Assembly: GCA_964291235.2 (NCBI GenBank)
Contig: OZ219816.1
Span: 1,920,001-1,984,000 of the forward strand
Origin: Vicinamibacteria bacterium
GTDB taxonomy: Bacteria; Acidobacteriota; Vicinamibacteria; Marinacidobacterales; Marinacidobacteraceae
Direction of reading: 5' to 3'
Length of the DNA stretch: 64,000 nt
The notes under the pieces are model-generated. The model had not been told where the DNA came from. It was given only the letters and a program-made list of their open reading frames with translations, and ran no database searches. Positions 54,548-64,000 of the stretch are shown in pieces (within the stretch, counting starts at the first letter, position 1; each line of letters begins with the position of its first letter). A program made the position numbers and the translations under genes.

Positions 54548-55870
54548 CTACTGCGGGGGTTTCGGACGCGACCGGTACTTCTCGTAGAGCATCTGGTGCC
54601 GGTTGTCGAGCGAAACCGGAACCCCGTTCACGAAGACGTGTTCGACTTCGGTGCGGATTTCCAGCGGGTCGCCGTTCACGACGATCAGGTTCGCGACCTT
54701 TCCCTCCTCGAGGGTCCCGAAATCCTCCGCCAGCCCGAAGAGCTGCGCGGGAATGGTGGTAATCGCTCGGATCGCGGCGTCCTGCGGCAGTCCGTAGCCG
54801 ACCGCGTGCCCCGCCTCGTAGGGCAGGAGGCGCGAGTTCGACGAACCGAACGTGGCGAAGGCCACCGTCACCCCGGCGTCGTGGAGTTCTCCCGGGGTCG
54901 TGAAGGGCTTGTCGTACGGGGAATCCTCCTCGCTCGGCAACCGCTGCGTCGGCCCCAGGATCACCGGGATCCCGTTTTCGACGAGCACTTCCTTCACCTT
55001 CCAGGCCTCGTTTCCGCCGAGGAGGATCATCTTGACCCCCTGCTCCTTCGTGAACTCGACGGCCTCGCGAATCTCCCGCTCGCCCTGGGCCAGGATCAGC
55101 AACGGCATCTCCCCGCCGACGACGGGACCCAGTGCAGCCAGCCGGACGTCTCTTTCGCGAGCCCCGGCGTCGCCGGCCTCCGCGTAGCGGCGCGCCGCAT
55201 CGAGCACCTCGCCCAACTCGGTGACCTGGCGGTCGTATTCCTCCTGGGCCTCACGGAACGAGCGCCGCTCCGGGCGGAAGGTCGCGGGATTGAACGAGCG
55301 GGTCGAATAGGTCGGCCAGGTCAGCACCATTCCCGCGGACGCCTCGATATCCATCTCCTCGACGGTCCAGCCGTCGAGGTGGACGATGGAGGCCTGACCG
55401 CTGATCCCGGTACCGCCGCCGCCGAAGCCGCCGAGACGACCGGGCGCCACCACCGCGTGGGTGATGCCGTTGGCGCGCGCCACCGGCAGGTGTTCACTCG
55501 AGGGATGGATCGCGGTGGCCGCCCGCAGGTGCGGGTTCATCTCCCCGAGCTCCACGGTATCCACCGTGGCGCTGATGGAGCTGATCTCCGTCAGACCGAG
55601 CTGGCTCACCGAGTCCATCATCCCCGGATAGACATCCAGCCCCGCCGCGTCGATCACGGCCGCTCCCGCCGGAGCGGAAACATCGTCTCCAATCTCCACA
55701 ATCCGGCCGTCCCGGATGAGGATGGAGCCCGACTCGATGGGCGCCGCTCCCTCGACGAGCGTGTGGATCCGGGCATTCGTGATGAGCCACGACTCTTCTT
55801 CCTGGGCGCCCGCAAACGCGGAAACACCGAGTAGCGCCAGCCCGAAGGCGTTCCTGCCAAGCCGGGTCAT
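54548..55870 (-). CDS. Exported amidohydrolase-fold protein lacking the HxH metal motif
   Basis: Signal peptide, VYPGMMDSVSQLGLTEI, ARANGIT, GTLEEGKVANL. Confidence 0.85.
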   Translation of the reverse strand: MTRLGRNAFGLALLGVSAFAGAQEEESWLITNARIHTLVEGAAPIESGSILIRDGRIVEIGDDVSAPAGAAVIDAAGLDVYPGMMDSVSQLGLTEISSISATVDTVELGEMNPHLRAATAIHPSSEHLPVARANGITHAVVAPGRLGGFGGGGTGISGQASIVHLDGWTVEEMDIEASAGMVLTWPTYSTRSFNPATFRPERRSFREAQEEYDRQVTELGEVLDAARRYAEAGDAGARERDVRLAALGPVVGGEMPLLILAQGEREIREAVEFTKEQGVKMILLGGNEAWKVKEVLVENGIPVILGPTQRLPSEEDSPYDKPFTTPGELHDAGVTVAFATFGSSNSRLLPYEAGHAVGYGLPQDAAIRAITTIPAQLFGLAEDFGTLEEGKVANLIVVNGDPLEIRTEVEHVFVNGVPVSLDNRHQMLYEKYRSRPKPPQ

Positions 55871-57276
55871 CGCCGTTCTCCTTCCCCAGGTCCCCGCCGG
55901 GGGCCGCGCCGGCCGGGGCTCCGTTCCGCGTCGTCGTCCCCGGAGAGTTTCTCCTCGAGTTCGGCACGCTCCGCGGCCGCACTCTCCCGCATCGCCAGGT
56001 CCTTCTCGCGGCTGAAGAGCATCTCCCCGTCCACGAAGGTCATCTGGTTCACCGCGTAGGTGCTCAGCGGGTGGCGGTCGAAGATCGCCAGGTCGGCGTC
56101 CTTCCCGACCTCGATGGAGCCGACCCGGTCGTCGATCCGGAGCTGCATCGCCGGGTTGATGGTGATCATCTTGAGCGCCGCCGCTTCGGTCATCCCGCCC
56201 CACTTCACCGTCTTGGCCGCCTCCTGGTTCAGGTGCCGCGCTTCCTCGGAGCTGTCCGAGTTGATGGAGACGAGGATGCCCCGCTCGGTCATGAGCGCCG
56301 CGTTGTGCGGGATGGCGTCATAGGCCTCGACCTTGTAGGCCCACCAGTCGGAGAAGGTGGAGGCTCCCGCGCCGTGGGCGGCGATCTCGTTCGCCACCTT
56401 GTAACCCTCGAGTACGTGCTGGAGCGTGGCGATCCGGAATCCGAACTCCTCGGCGACCCGCAGGAGTTGCAGGATCTCGTCCTGCCGGTAGCAGTGAGCG
56501 TGGACGAGCCGTTTCCCTTCCAGGATCTCGACCAGCGGCTCGAGCTTCATGTCCCGCCGGGGTGGCAGCACCCGTTCGCCGCGCGCCTTCGCCGCCTCGT
56601 AGTCGGCGAACTCCTGACGGTAGGCCTCCGCCTCCACGAACGCCTGCCGGATCACGTCCTGGACTCCCATCCGGGTCGCCGGATAGCGACGCTCGACGCC
56701 CGCCGGCATCCCGCGCGACCGCTTCGGATTCTCCCCGAGCGCGAACTTGATGCCCGGCGGCGCGCCCTCCAGCACGAGCCCGGCGGCATCGGCCCCCCAG
56801 CGGTGCTTGATGACCACGTTCAGGCCGCCGATCGGGTTGGCGCTCCCGTGGAGGATGTTCGAGGTGGTGACCCCGCCCGCCAGCTCGCGGTAGATGTTGA
56901 CGTCATAGGGATCCACCACGTCGCCCGTCCCCGTCATCGAGGACACCGCGACGCTGCCCTCGTTGATGGATTCGGCGGCGATGTGCGAATGGGCGTCGAT
57001 GATGCCGGGCATCACGAACATCCCCGTGGCGTCGATCACTTCGGCTCCCTCGGGAACCGTGACGCTCGCGCCGACCTCGGCGATCTTCCCGTCGCGAATC
57101 AGGATCTCCCCCGGAGAGAGAGTGTCCCCGGTCACCGTGAGGACAGTGCCGCCTCGAATGGCGGTGTCCTGAGCGATCGCCAGGGGGGCGGCCAGGAAGG
57201 CCACCAGCAGGGCCGCGATGAGCAGCGTCTTTGGGTGTCGCATCGTTTTCATTGTTCCCGTCTTCCTTGGCGTCAT
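55867..57276 (-). CDS. Exported amidohydrolase with intact metal ligands
   Basis: Signal peptide, PGIIDAHSH, HGSANPIGG, KFALGENPK, HAHCY, QHVLEGYK, INSD; start may be 57252. Confidence 0.9.
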   Translation of the reverse strand: MTPRKTGTMKTMRHPKTLLIAALLVAFLAAPLAIAQDTAIRGGTVLTVTGDTLSPGEILIRDGKIAEVGASVTVPEGAEVIDATGMFVMPGIIDAHSHIAAESINEGSVAVSSMTGTGDVVDPYDVNIYRELAGGVTTSNILHGSANPIGGLNVVIKHRWGADAAGLVLEGAPPGIKFALGENPKRSRGMPAGVERRYPATRMGVQDVIRQAFVEAEAYRQEFADYEAAKARGERVLPPRRDMKLEPLVEILEGKRLVHAHCYRQDEILQLLRVAEEFGFRIATLQHVLEGYKVANEIAAHGAGASTFSDWWAYKVEAYDAIPHNAALMTERGILVSINSDSSEEARHLNQEAAKTVKWGGMTEAAALKMITINPAMQLRIDDRVGSIEVGKDADLAIFDRHPLSTYAVNQMTFVDGEMLFSREKDLAMRESAAAERAELEEKLSGDDDAERSPGRRGPRRGPGEGERR

Positions 57277-58721
57277 CGGTGACGTCCGGGGGTTTCCTCC
57301 CTGTCCGTTTCCTCTTCGTCGTCCGCGTCGGAGCGGTGGATCACCCCGTCCACGAAGATCGTCTCGACCTTCGCGCCATCCTCGAAAATGTCCTGGTCGG
57401 CAATCACCAGGTTGGCGATCCGTCCGGCCTGCAGCGTTCCCACGCGGTCGGCGACCCCGAAGATTTCGGCCGGGGCCATGGTGAGCGCGGTGAGAGCGGC
57501 CTCCCGGTCGAGTCCCCGTTCCACCGCCTTGCGCACCGCCGCCAGGTCATCCCCTGAGCCTCCGCGGCCTCCGGCGGAACCACCGCGGCGACCCGGAGGG
57601 CCGGGTCCGGCCCCCGCAGACTCGCCCCGGTAGAAGGCGAAACGCACCCCCGCGGCGGCGAGCGCCGCCGGACCGGCCGGCGCCCGGTCCCGGAGGCGCA
57701 GGGTGCGGAGCGAGACCTCCGCTTCCGGATCCGCCTGGGGATCGGCAGCCGGCCAGTTCAGGTCCACCAGGATCGGCACGCCGTGCTCCGCCAGGAATTC
57801 GGCGGATTCCACACCTTCATGGCCCCCGTAGAGCACCGGCCGGATGCCGAACTCCGCCGCGAGACCCACCATCCGGCGAACCTCCTTGTCGAGCGTCGCC
57901 GGCAGCAACACCGGCTGTTCGCCGGACGCGGCAGCGACGAGCGGAGCGAGCGCCCGGTCGTAGCGGGGCCGGGAGAGGCCCGTCGGGTCCTCCTCGTACA
58001 TCCGCCAGATCTCGGCGTAGTGCGAAGCGTCGAGGAAGAGCTGCCGCAGATACGCGACGACCCCCATCATCGAACCGGGGAACGAACGGAAGCCGCGGGT
58101 CTCGAGCCGGACCATCACCGCGACGTCCGGGTCGAGCACCAGATCCCGCGGGTCGTCACCGGCAAGATTCACAAACGCGGCCCGTCCTCCCACGATTCCG
58201 TCGCGGGGAGCGGTGACCGCCGAGGTGAAGCCGGCGCTCCGGCGCGCGGCCAGCCGATCGTCACTCGTCGAGAGATCGTCGGCGGCCAGCCTCCAGGAGA
58301 AGGTGTCGGGCCGGTCCTCCGGCCCCCGGGAGGGCGGCGGCTGGTTCGGGCGCCCGCCCGGGCCCGCCGCCTGTCTTCCTGGCGGCGCGGCCGTTCCCAG
58401 ACCCAGATCGCTGAGCGCGGTGACCAATCCCGGATAGACGTGCTTCCCGGCAGCGTCGAGCCGCGCCGTTCCGGCGGGAGCCTCATCCCCGGCTTCCACG
58501 GCGACGATCAGCCCGTCCCGGATCACCACGGTCGCCTGGTCGAGGACGGTCCCGTTCCCGACGTGGACCATCCCACCGGTGATCGCCCAGTCGCGCGGGC
58601 CGGCGTCGGCCACCGCCCGGGAGGAGAGCTGGGCGGCCGCGGGCGTCGCTGCCGCGACCAGCAGCACCGCCAGTGCTGCGAGGAGGCGGCCGTCACGCCG
58701 CGGGGCTATTCGTCTCGACAT
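57273..58721 (-). CDS. Exported amidohydrolase-fold protein lacking the HxH metal motif
   Basis: Signal peptide, VYPGLVTALSDLG, FPGSMMGVVAYLRQ, GTLQAGRIANL. Confidence 0.85.
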   Translation of the reverse strand: MSRRIAPRRDGRLLAALAVLLVAAATPAAAQLSSRAVADAGPRDWAITGGMVHVGNGTVLDQATVVIRDGLIVAVEAGDEAPAGTARLDAAGKHVYPGLVTALSDLGLGTAAPPGRQAAGPGGRPNQPPPSRGPEDRPDTFSWRLAADDLSTSDDRLAARRSAGFTSAVTAPRDGIVGGRAAFVNLAGDDPRDLVLDPDVAVMVRLETRGFRSFPGSMMGVVAYLRQLFLDASHYAEIWRMYEEDPTGLSRPRYDRALAPLVAAASGEQPVLLPATLDKEVRRMVGLAAEFGIRPVLYGGHEGVESAEFLAEHGVPILVDLNWPAADPQADPEAEVSLRTLRLRDRAPAGPAALAAAGVRFAFYRGESAGAGPGPPGRRGGSAGGRGGSGDDLAAVRKAVERGLDREAALTALTMAPAEIFGVADRVGTLQAGRIANLVIADQDIFEDGAKVETIFVDGVIHRSDADDEEETDREETPGRHR

Positions 58722-58825
58722 GGCGCGCGAGTCTGTCCGAGCGGTAGTCGCGGGTCAACCGGCTCGGGTGGGCGCTCGGACCGACGCTCCGGATCGTGCC
58801 CCCCGCGTAAGATTCCGGCCGCCCC

Positions 58826-60355
58826 GTGCCCCGCTTCTACCTGACCACCGCCATCGATTACGTGAACTCGCCGCCGCACCTGGGGACGGCCTACGAAAAG
58901 ATCACCGCGGACGTCATCGCGCGGTACCGGCGGAGCGCCGGATACGACACCCACTTCCTGATGGGCGCCGACGAGCACTCCCTGAACGTCCGGCGGAAAG
59001 CCGAGGAACAGGGGCTCGATCCGCTCGACTACTGCCAGAAAATGGAGGACACCTTCCGCGCCGTGTGGGCGAAGCTCGACGTCTCCTACGACGAGTTCAT
59101 CCGCACCACCGAGAAGCGGCACCACCAGGGGGTCCAGAAGCTGCTCGAGGCGATCCGGACCAACGGCGGCATCTACGAGGGCAGCTACGAGGGCTGGTAC
59201 TGCGTTTCCTGCGAGGCCTTCAAGCAGGAAAAGGACCTCGTGGACGGGCTCTGCCCGCTGCACCGCGCGAAGCCGGACTGGATCACCGAGAAGAACCACT
59301 TCTTCCGGCTCTCGGACTACCGCGACCGCCTGCTCGAGCTCTACCGCGAGCAGCCGAGTTTCATCGAGCCCGAGACCCGGAGGAACGAACTGACAAACGT
59401 CCTCGAAGCGGGACTCCTCGATCTTTCGGTGAGCCGGCCCGGAACCGGCTGGGGTATCCCGGTTCCCTTCGACGAGCGGAGCGTGGTGTACGTCTGGTTT
59501 GACGCCCTCATGAACTACCTCTCGGCAACCGGGTACGGAACCGGGGAGGAGGGCTGGGACGAGCGCTGGCCCGCCGACCTGCACATCGTGGGCAAGGACA
59601 TCACCCGCTTCCACGCGGTGATCTGGCCGGCCATGCTGATGGCCGCCGGGGTCCCCATCCCCGGCCAGGTGTTCGGACACGGCTTCGTGAACTTCCAGGG
59701 CGAACGGATGAGCAAGTCGCTCGGGACCGCGGTGGACCCGCTGGAAGCCGCCGACCACTTCGGGGCGGATCCGCTTCGCCTCTTCCTGGTGCGGGAGATC
59801 CAGTACGGGCAGGACGGGGACTTTTCCTGGGACCGATTCGAGGCCCGCTACGACGCCGACCTCGCCAACTCGCTCGGCAACCTGGTCAGCCGGATCACCT
59901 CGATGGCGGGGCGTTACCGCGAGGGCCGCCTGGTTCCCTCCGCGCGCTCGGCCCTGCCGGGAATCGCGTCGCAGGCGGTCGCCGACTACCACGACGCAAT
60001 GCTGTCCCTACGCCTGCACGACGGCGCGGCCGCCGCTTTCCGGATCGTGAGCGCGGTGAACGAGTTCCTGACCGAACGGGCGCCCTGGAAGCTGGCGAAG
60101 GACCCGAACGCCGGGGCGGCGCTCGACGAGGCGCTCTACGAGGCCGCGGAGGCGACGCGGATCGCCGCGGTGCTGCTCCACCCGATCATGCCGAAGTCCA
60201 TTGCGCGAATTCTCGAGCGTCTGGGCGGGACGGACGGAGACGGCATCCGCTTCGACGAGCAGGCGGCGTTCGAGGGCGGGCGCGCCCTGGCCACCCGAGC
60301 GGGCGAACCGCTCTGGCCGCGGCTCACCGGCGGCCGATCCGGAAGCGGGGGGTAA
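58826..60355 (+). CDS. metG: Methionine--tRNA ligase, short form without the C-terminal tRNA-binding domain
   Basis: TTAIDYVN, HLGT (HIGH), DEH, CVSC/CPLH knuckle, YVWFDAL, GKDITRFH, RMSKS. Confidence 0.96.
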   Translation: MPRFYLTTAIDYVNSPPHLGTAYEKITADVIARYRRSAGYDTHFLMGADEHSLNVRRKAEEQGLDPLDYCQKMEDTFRAVWAKLDVSYDEFIRTTEKRHHQGVQKLLEAIRTNGGIYEGSYEGWYCVSCEAFKQEKDLVDGLCPLHRAKPDWITEKNHFFRLSDYRDRLLELYREQPSFIEPETRRNELTNVLEAGLLDLSVSRPGTGWGIPVPFDERSVVYVWFDALMNYLSATGYGTGEEGWDERWPADLHIVGKDITRFHAVIWPAMLMAAGVPIPGQVFGHGFVNFQGERMSKSLGTAVDPLEAADHFGADPLRLFLVREIQYGQDGDFSWDRFEARYDADLANSLGNLVSRITSMAGRYREGRLVPSARSALPGIASQAVADYHDAMLSLRLHDGAAAAFRIVSAVNEFLTERAPWKLAKDPNAGAALDEALYEAAEATRIAAVLLHPIMPKSIARILERLGGTDGDGIRFDEQAAFEGGRALATRAGEPLWPRLTGGRSGSGG

Positions 60356-60388
60356 GGACCGGCGCTGATCGCGCCGGGAGGAGGAGGC

Positions 60389-61654
60389 TTGACCGAGAGC
60401 GCCAGCGGGGCCTTCTCGCGGAACTGGCTCATGGGGATCCGCGCCGACCTGGTCTGGATCATCCTCTCCGCGGGCATCGGCTGGGCCTACCTGGGGCTGA
60501 TCCTGGGAGCCGGTTCCGGACTGGAGAATCCGCTCACCGACTCCTTCGCCACCCTGCAGATCGGCGACTTCGCGCTACCGCTGAGCCTGGGGCTGGTGGT
60601 GGTCGCCAGTTGGGCGGTGGTCCTCGACGCCCCGCACCTCTTCGCCACCCTCGCGCGCACCGTGCTGGACCCGGAGGAGTGGCGGGTCCGCGGCGGGGTG
60701 CTGGTCGCTTCGTTCGGGTTCTTTCTGCTGGGACCGGCGCTGATCCTCACCCCGCGCTGGCTCTCGTCGGCCGGGTTCCTGCCGCCGGAGGCGATGGCGC
60801 TCGGCAGCGTCGTCTTCCTGGTGTTCTTCCGCCTGTGGGCCTACTACCACGTGGTGCGCCAGCACTGGGGGTTCCTGAGGCTCTACGCCCGGCGGAACCC
60901 GGCGGCCGAGGACGAACTGGAGTCACGGGTGGACCGCATCGCCTTCCCGGTTCTCTTCTACCTGCCGATCGGGTGGTTCCTGACCGCGCCCTGGTACGCG
61001 GCGAGCGGGATGCCCGAGCTTGGATTCGCAACCGAAATGGGTGGCCGGACACTCGGCGCCTGGCTGCACGTTCCGCTGGGATCCGCGTGGCTCCTGACGG
61101 CGCTCGCCTACGCCGCCTTCCAGATCCGGCGCACCCGCCAGGGCGTCCCGCGGAACCTCCCCAAACTCCTGCTCCTCGCGGCGACCGTGCCGCTCCACGC
61201 CGCGGCCTTCTCCGGGCCGCTGCTCGTGCTCTTCGTGGTGCCGCTCGTAACCGCGGGACACAACCTCCAGTACCAGCGATTCGTCTGGGACTACGGGCAG
61301 CGCCGCTATCACGCGGAACGAAGCGCGGCCGCCTTCTCCTTCCGGAATCCGGTTCTGTATTTCGCCCTGGGACTCCTCTTCACCTTCCTCTGCTACCGGG
61401 GGCCGCTGGTTGCCCGGGTGAGTGAGGCGTTTGCGGGGTTCCTGGGCGAATTCCTCCTCCCCTTCGCCGGACTCGTGGCCGGCGCCCCCGGGAGCGGGGG
61501 CGGGAGCCTCGGAGCCGAGGTGGTGGGCGCCTCCCTGCTCGGCTGGGCGATGCAGCACTACTACCTCGACGCGAAGATCTGGCAGGTCTCGAAGGACGAA
61601 CGCCTGCGCCGGGTCCTCCGGACCCCGCTGCCTACTGTCCGAGAGACTTCCTGA
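60389..61654 (+). CDS. Uncharacterised polytopic membrane protein with several His motifs
   Basis: GGAGGAGG before the TTG start; about 10 hydrophobic segments; APHLFAT, YYHVVRQHWGF, GHNLQY, QHYYLDAKIW. Confidence 0.75.
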   Translation: MTESASGAFSRNWLMGIRADLVWIILSAGIGWAYLGLILGAGSGLENPLTDSFATLQIGDFALPLSLGLVVVASWAVVLDAPHLFATLARTVLDPEEWRVRGGVLVASFGFFLLGPALILTPRWLSSAGFLPPEAMALGSVVFLVFFRLWAYYHVVRQHWGFLRLYARRNPAAEDELESRVDRIAFPVLFYLPIGWFLTAPWYAASGMPELGFATEMGGRTLGAWLHVPLGSAWLLTALAYAAFQIRRTRQGVPRNLPKLLLLAATVPLHAAAFSGPLLVLFVVPLVTAGHNLQYQRFVWDYGQRRYHAERSAAAFSFRNPVLYFALGLLFTFLCYRGPLVARVSEAFAGFLGEFLLPFAGLVAGAPGSGGGSLGAEVVGASLLGWAMQHYYLDAKIWQVSKDERLRRVLRTPLPTVRETS

Positions 61655-62492
61655 AGGCTTCGATCGTAATTTCCGCGCGGCGGGCGACCATCGCCTGTCC
61701 GTTCGCGATCGTCTGATCCAGCGGGTCGAGCGAGACGCCGTTGATCTCGAACAGCCCCGCGTCGCGGCGCTCGCGCGCCCGGATGGAACCCGGGTCCACC
61801 GTCGCCATGATGGCGTCGTAGTGGTAGTCGTCGTGGATTCCGGCGCGGGAAGCGGACTGCACGTCGGGCTCCTGATGCACGCCCAGCTCCTTGAGCTGTT
61901 CGAAACTCCAGATGTCCTCCGTGTAGTACTCGGGGATGTGGTGGAGGCGGACGCCCGGGTGCGGCGGCTCGGCATTCCAGCGCTCCGCGACTGCCGCCAT
62001 CCCGCGCTGGTTCCCGCCGCTGTCGCCGATCATCAGGATGTCGGTGAACCCGCTGGTCGCGAGGCTCCGCGCCACGTCGGTGAGCACCATCTCGAAGGTC
62101 TCCCGCGTGAGGCTGAAGGTCCCCGGGAAACGCATGTGTCCGGTCGGCGGGTCGTGGTCGCCCTCGGGCACCAGCTTGATGATGGGAGCCACGAGCGCGT
62201 CCCCGAGCCGCCGGGCGATGGCTTCGGTGGTGGCCCGGAGCACCACGTTGTGCTTCCCGGTGACCACGTAAGGCCCGTTCTGTTCGATTCCGCCGGTGGC
62301 CACGATCGCGGTGGTGGCGCCCCCGGCGATCCGGTCACGGACCTCCATCCAGGTGAGTTCCTCGATGAAGACGCTGTCGAAGGCCGCAATGGGCCGCTCC
62401 GCGTCGAGCGCGTTCCAGGGGTGATCCTGGGGGCCCCCGCAGCCGAGGGCCGCCAGGCAGATTGGAAGGACAAGAAAACGGCGGAAAGACAT
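61632..62492 (-). CDS. Creatininase family lipoprotein, divergent active site
   Basis: Lipobox ALGC, IEELTWMEV, TGGIEQNGP, HMRFPGT.SL, GDSGGNQ. Confidence 0.85.
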   Translation of the reverse strand: MSFRRFLVLPICLAALGCGGPQDHPWNALDAERPIAAFDSVFIEELTWMEVRDRIAGGATTAIVATGGIEQNGPYVVTGKHNVVLRATTEAIARRLGDALVAPIIKLVPEGDHDPPTGHMRFPGTFSLTRETFEMVLTDVARSLATSGFTDILMIGDSGGNQRGMAAVAERWNAEPPHPGVRLHHIPEYYTEDIWSFEQLKELGVHQEPDVQSASRAGIHDDYHYDAIMATVDPGSIRARERRDAGLFEINGVSLDPLDQTIANGQAMVARRAEITIEAFRKSLGQ

Positions 62493-62567
62493 CGCGCCCA
62501 TTGTTGGCAGGGCGGGTCCACGGCGCAACCGCATGGCCGGTCGGGAACGGGGGCCGGCGTTCCCGGG

Positions 62568-63680
62568 CTAGGCGGGGAATACCGGGACCGGACCCGCCGG
62601 GCGGAGGCCGACCCGCTGCCCCGGCCGCAGCAGTCCCTGCCAGATCTCCCGCGCCGGCGACCGCGCGGAAATGCACTTGCCCGAAGGGAGACGCGCCTCG
62701 ATGAGCTGGAAGGCGCCGTGGAAGGACGCCCGCGTCAGCACCGCCGACGCGACTCCCGGGTGCCGCTCGTCCACGAACGGCTCGACATGGAGTCCGTCGA
62801 GCGGCAGGAGAACTTCGACCGGACCCGCCAGCGACGCGCCGCCTGCCGCCGGAGCCAGGATCTCGACGCGGCCGATCTCGCAGACCGCGGTCTTCCCGTC
62901 GCTCTCACCCGGGAGAAAGTTGGTTTCGCCCAGGAACTCGGCGCCGGCGCGGCTTCCGGGATCCCGGGCGAGGTCTTCGGGCCGTCCCGACCGCACCACC
63001 CTGCCGTCGAGCAGGAGAACGACCTGGTCCGCGAGCAGGAACGCCTCCTCGCGGTCGTGGGTGACGAGGACCGCGGTCGTCCCCAGGCGCCGGAGGAGCT
63101 GCGCCACCTCCTCCCGCACCCCGGCCCGGCGGGGCGCGTCCAGGTTGGAAAACGGCTCGTCCAGCAGCACCACCGCCGGTTCGGGCGCCAGGGCCCGCGC
63201 GAGCGCCACCCGCTGCTGCTCGCCGCCGGAGAGTTCGTGCGGCCGCTGCTCCGCCATTTCCGACAGGCCGACCATCTGGAGGGCGCCCCAAGCCTTGGTC
63301 AGGCCGGCCGGCCCCGGCACGCCGAAGGCCACGTTCCGAAGAGCCGAGAGGTGCGGAAAGAGCGCGTATTCCTGAAACACGAGTCCCACCCGGCGGGATT
63401 CGGGGGGGACGAACACGCCTTCTCCGCTCACCGTCTGCCCGAGGAGCCGCACCTCGCCCGCGTCCGCCACCTCCAGCCCGGCCACGATGCGGAGCAGCGT
63501 CGTCTTCCCGCCGCCGCTGGGCCCCAAGACGGCGGTCAGGCTTCCCGGCGGGACGTCGAGGTCCACCCCGGCGAGTACCGGACGATCCGCCTCCAAGCCC
63601 TCGTTGCCGCGGAAGCGCTTCTCGATCGCCCGGCAGCGAAGCGCCAGCTCGGCGGCCCTGCCGCCCAGGCTGCTCATCAC
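62568..63680 (-). CDS. Fe(III)/polyamine-type ABC transporter ATP-binding subunit (FbpC-like)
   Basis: GPSGGGKTT, VFQEYALFPH, LSGGEQQRVALARA, LLDEPFSNLD, VTHD. Confidence 0.9.
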   Translation of the reverse strand: MMSSLGGRAAELALRCRAIEKRFRGNEGLEADRPVLAGVDLDVPPGSLTAVLGPSGGGKTTLLRIVAGLEVADAGEVRLLGQTVSGEGVFVPPESRRVGLVFQEYALFPHLSALRNVAFGVPGPAGLTKAWGALQMVGLSEMAEQRPHELSGGEQQRVALARALAPEPAVVLLDEPFSNLDAPRRAGVREEVAQLLRRLGTTAVLVTHDREEAFLLADQVVLLLDGRVVRSGRPEDLARDPGSRAGAEFLGETNFLPGESDGKTAVCEIGRVEILAPAAGGASLAGPVEVLLPLDGLHVEPFVDERHPGVASAVLTRASFHGAFQLIEARLPSGKCISARSPAREIWQGLLRPGQRVGLRPAGPVPVFPA

Positions 63681-64000
63681 CGCACCGCCGGGCGAAGCGG
63701 ACGTCCCGGACGCAGCACCACGAGCAAGGTGGCGGCGCAGAAAACCAGGAGGACCAGGGAGGCGGCCGCCGCCCGGCCGAGTTCCACGTTCTCCGCCGCG
63801 CTCCAGACGGTGGTCGCGAGGGTGGTGTAGCCGGTCGGCGCCAGCATCAGGGTGGCGGGCAACTCCTTGACGCTGGTCAGGAACACGAGCGCGAGGCCCG
63901 ACGCAAGACCGGGGGCGAGGAGCGGCAGCGTGATCCGCAGGTGCCGGCGCATCCAGCGGGCGCCGAGCGACCGCGCCGCGTCATCGAGCCGCGGGCTGAG
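63677..64000 (-). CDS. Fe(III) ABC transporter permease (FbpB-like), 3' part only
   Basis: DDAARSLG (EAA loop), ITLPLLAPG, VKELPATLML.P.G..TLAT; runs off the window end. Confidence 0.85.
   Translation of the reverse strand, partial: LSPRLDDAARSLGARWMRRHLRITLPLLAPGLASGLALVFLTSVKELPATLMLAPTGYTTLATTVWSAAENVELGRAAAASLVLLVFCAATLLVVLRPGRPLRPAVR

Noticed and set aside
1-64000. tRNA (including selC), rRNA, CRISPR arrays, integrases and transposases
   Set aside because: None recognised by eye; intergenic gaps are short. A tRNAscan or Infernal run would be needed to exclude small RNAs

Overview
GC-rich, densely coding bacterial chromosomal segment with about 50 genes. Taxonomy cannot be fixed from the sequence; the many secreted hydrolases and the gene style suggest an uncultured heterotroph such as an Acidobacteriota-like lineage (inference only). 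Housekeeping genes: nfi, leuB, gdhA, lepA, hemW, metG. Other content: a Liv-type ABC transporter with two embedded acyl-CoA ligases, a partial Fe(III) ABC transporter, many exported amidohydrolases and peptidases, a FitA/VapC toxin-antitoxin pair with a palindromic operator, an orphan degenerate RES gene, and a small AT-richer islet at about 40.7-42.0 kb. No rRNA, tRNA, CRISPR array or intact transposase was seen. The strongest hidden signal is a MerB-like organometallic lyase (6310-6984) that the ORF track splits in two. Its in-frame UGA (6748-6750) falls at the second catalytic Cys position and is followed by an fdhF-type SECIS hairpin, so it is very probably a selenoprotein, here without mer genes. 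Other candidates: a receiver-domain/PPDK-N protein divergent from gdhA, a trio of exported amidohydrolases of which two look inactive, an ANKH-like transporter, a His-motif membrane protein, and a dispersed intergenic palindromic repeat. Family assignments come from motif recognition by eye, not database searches.
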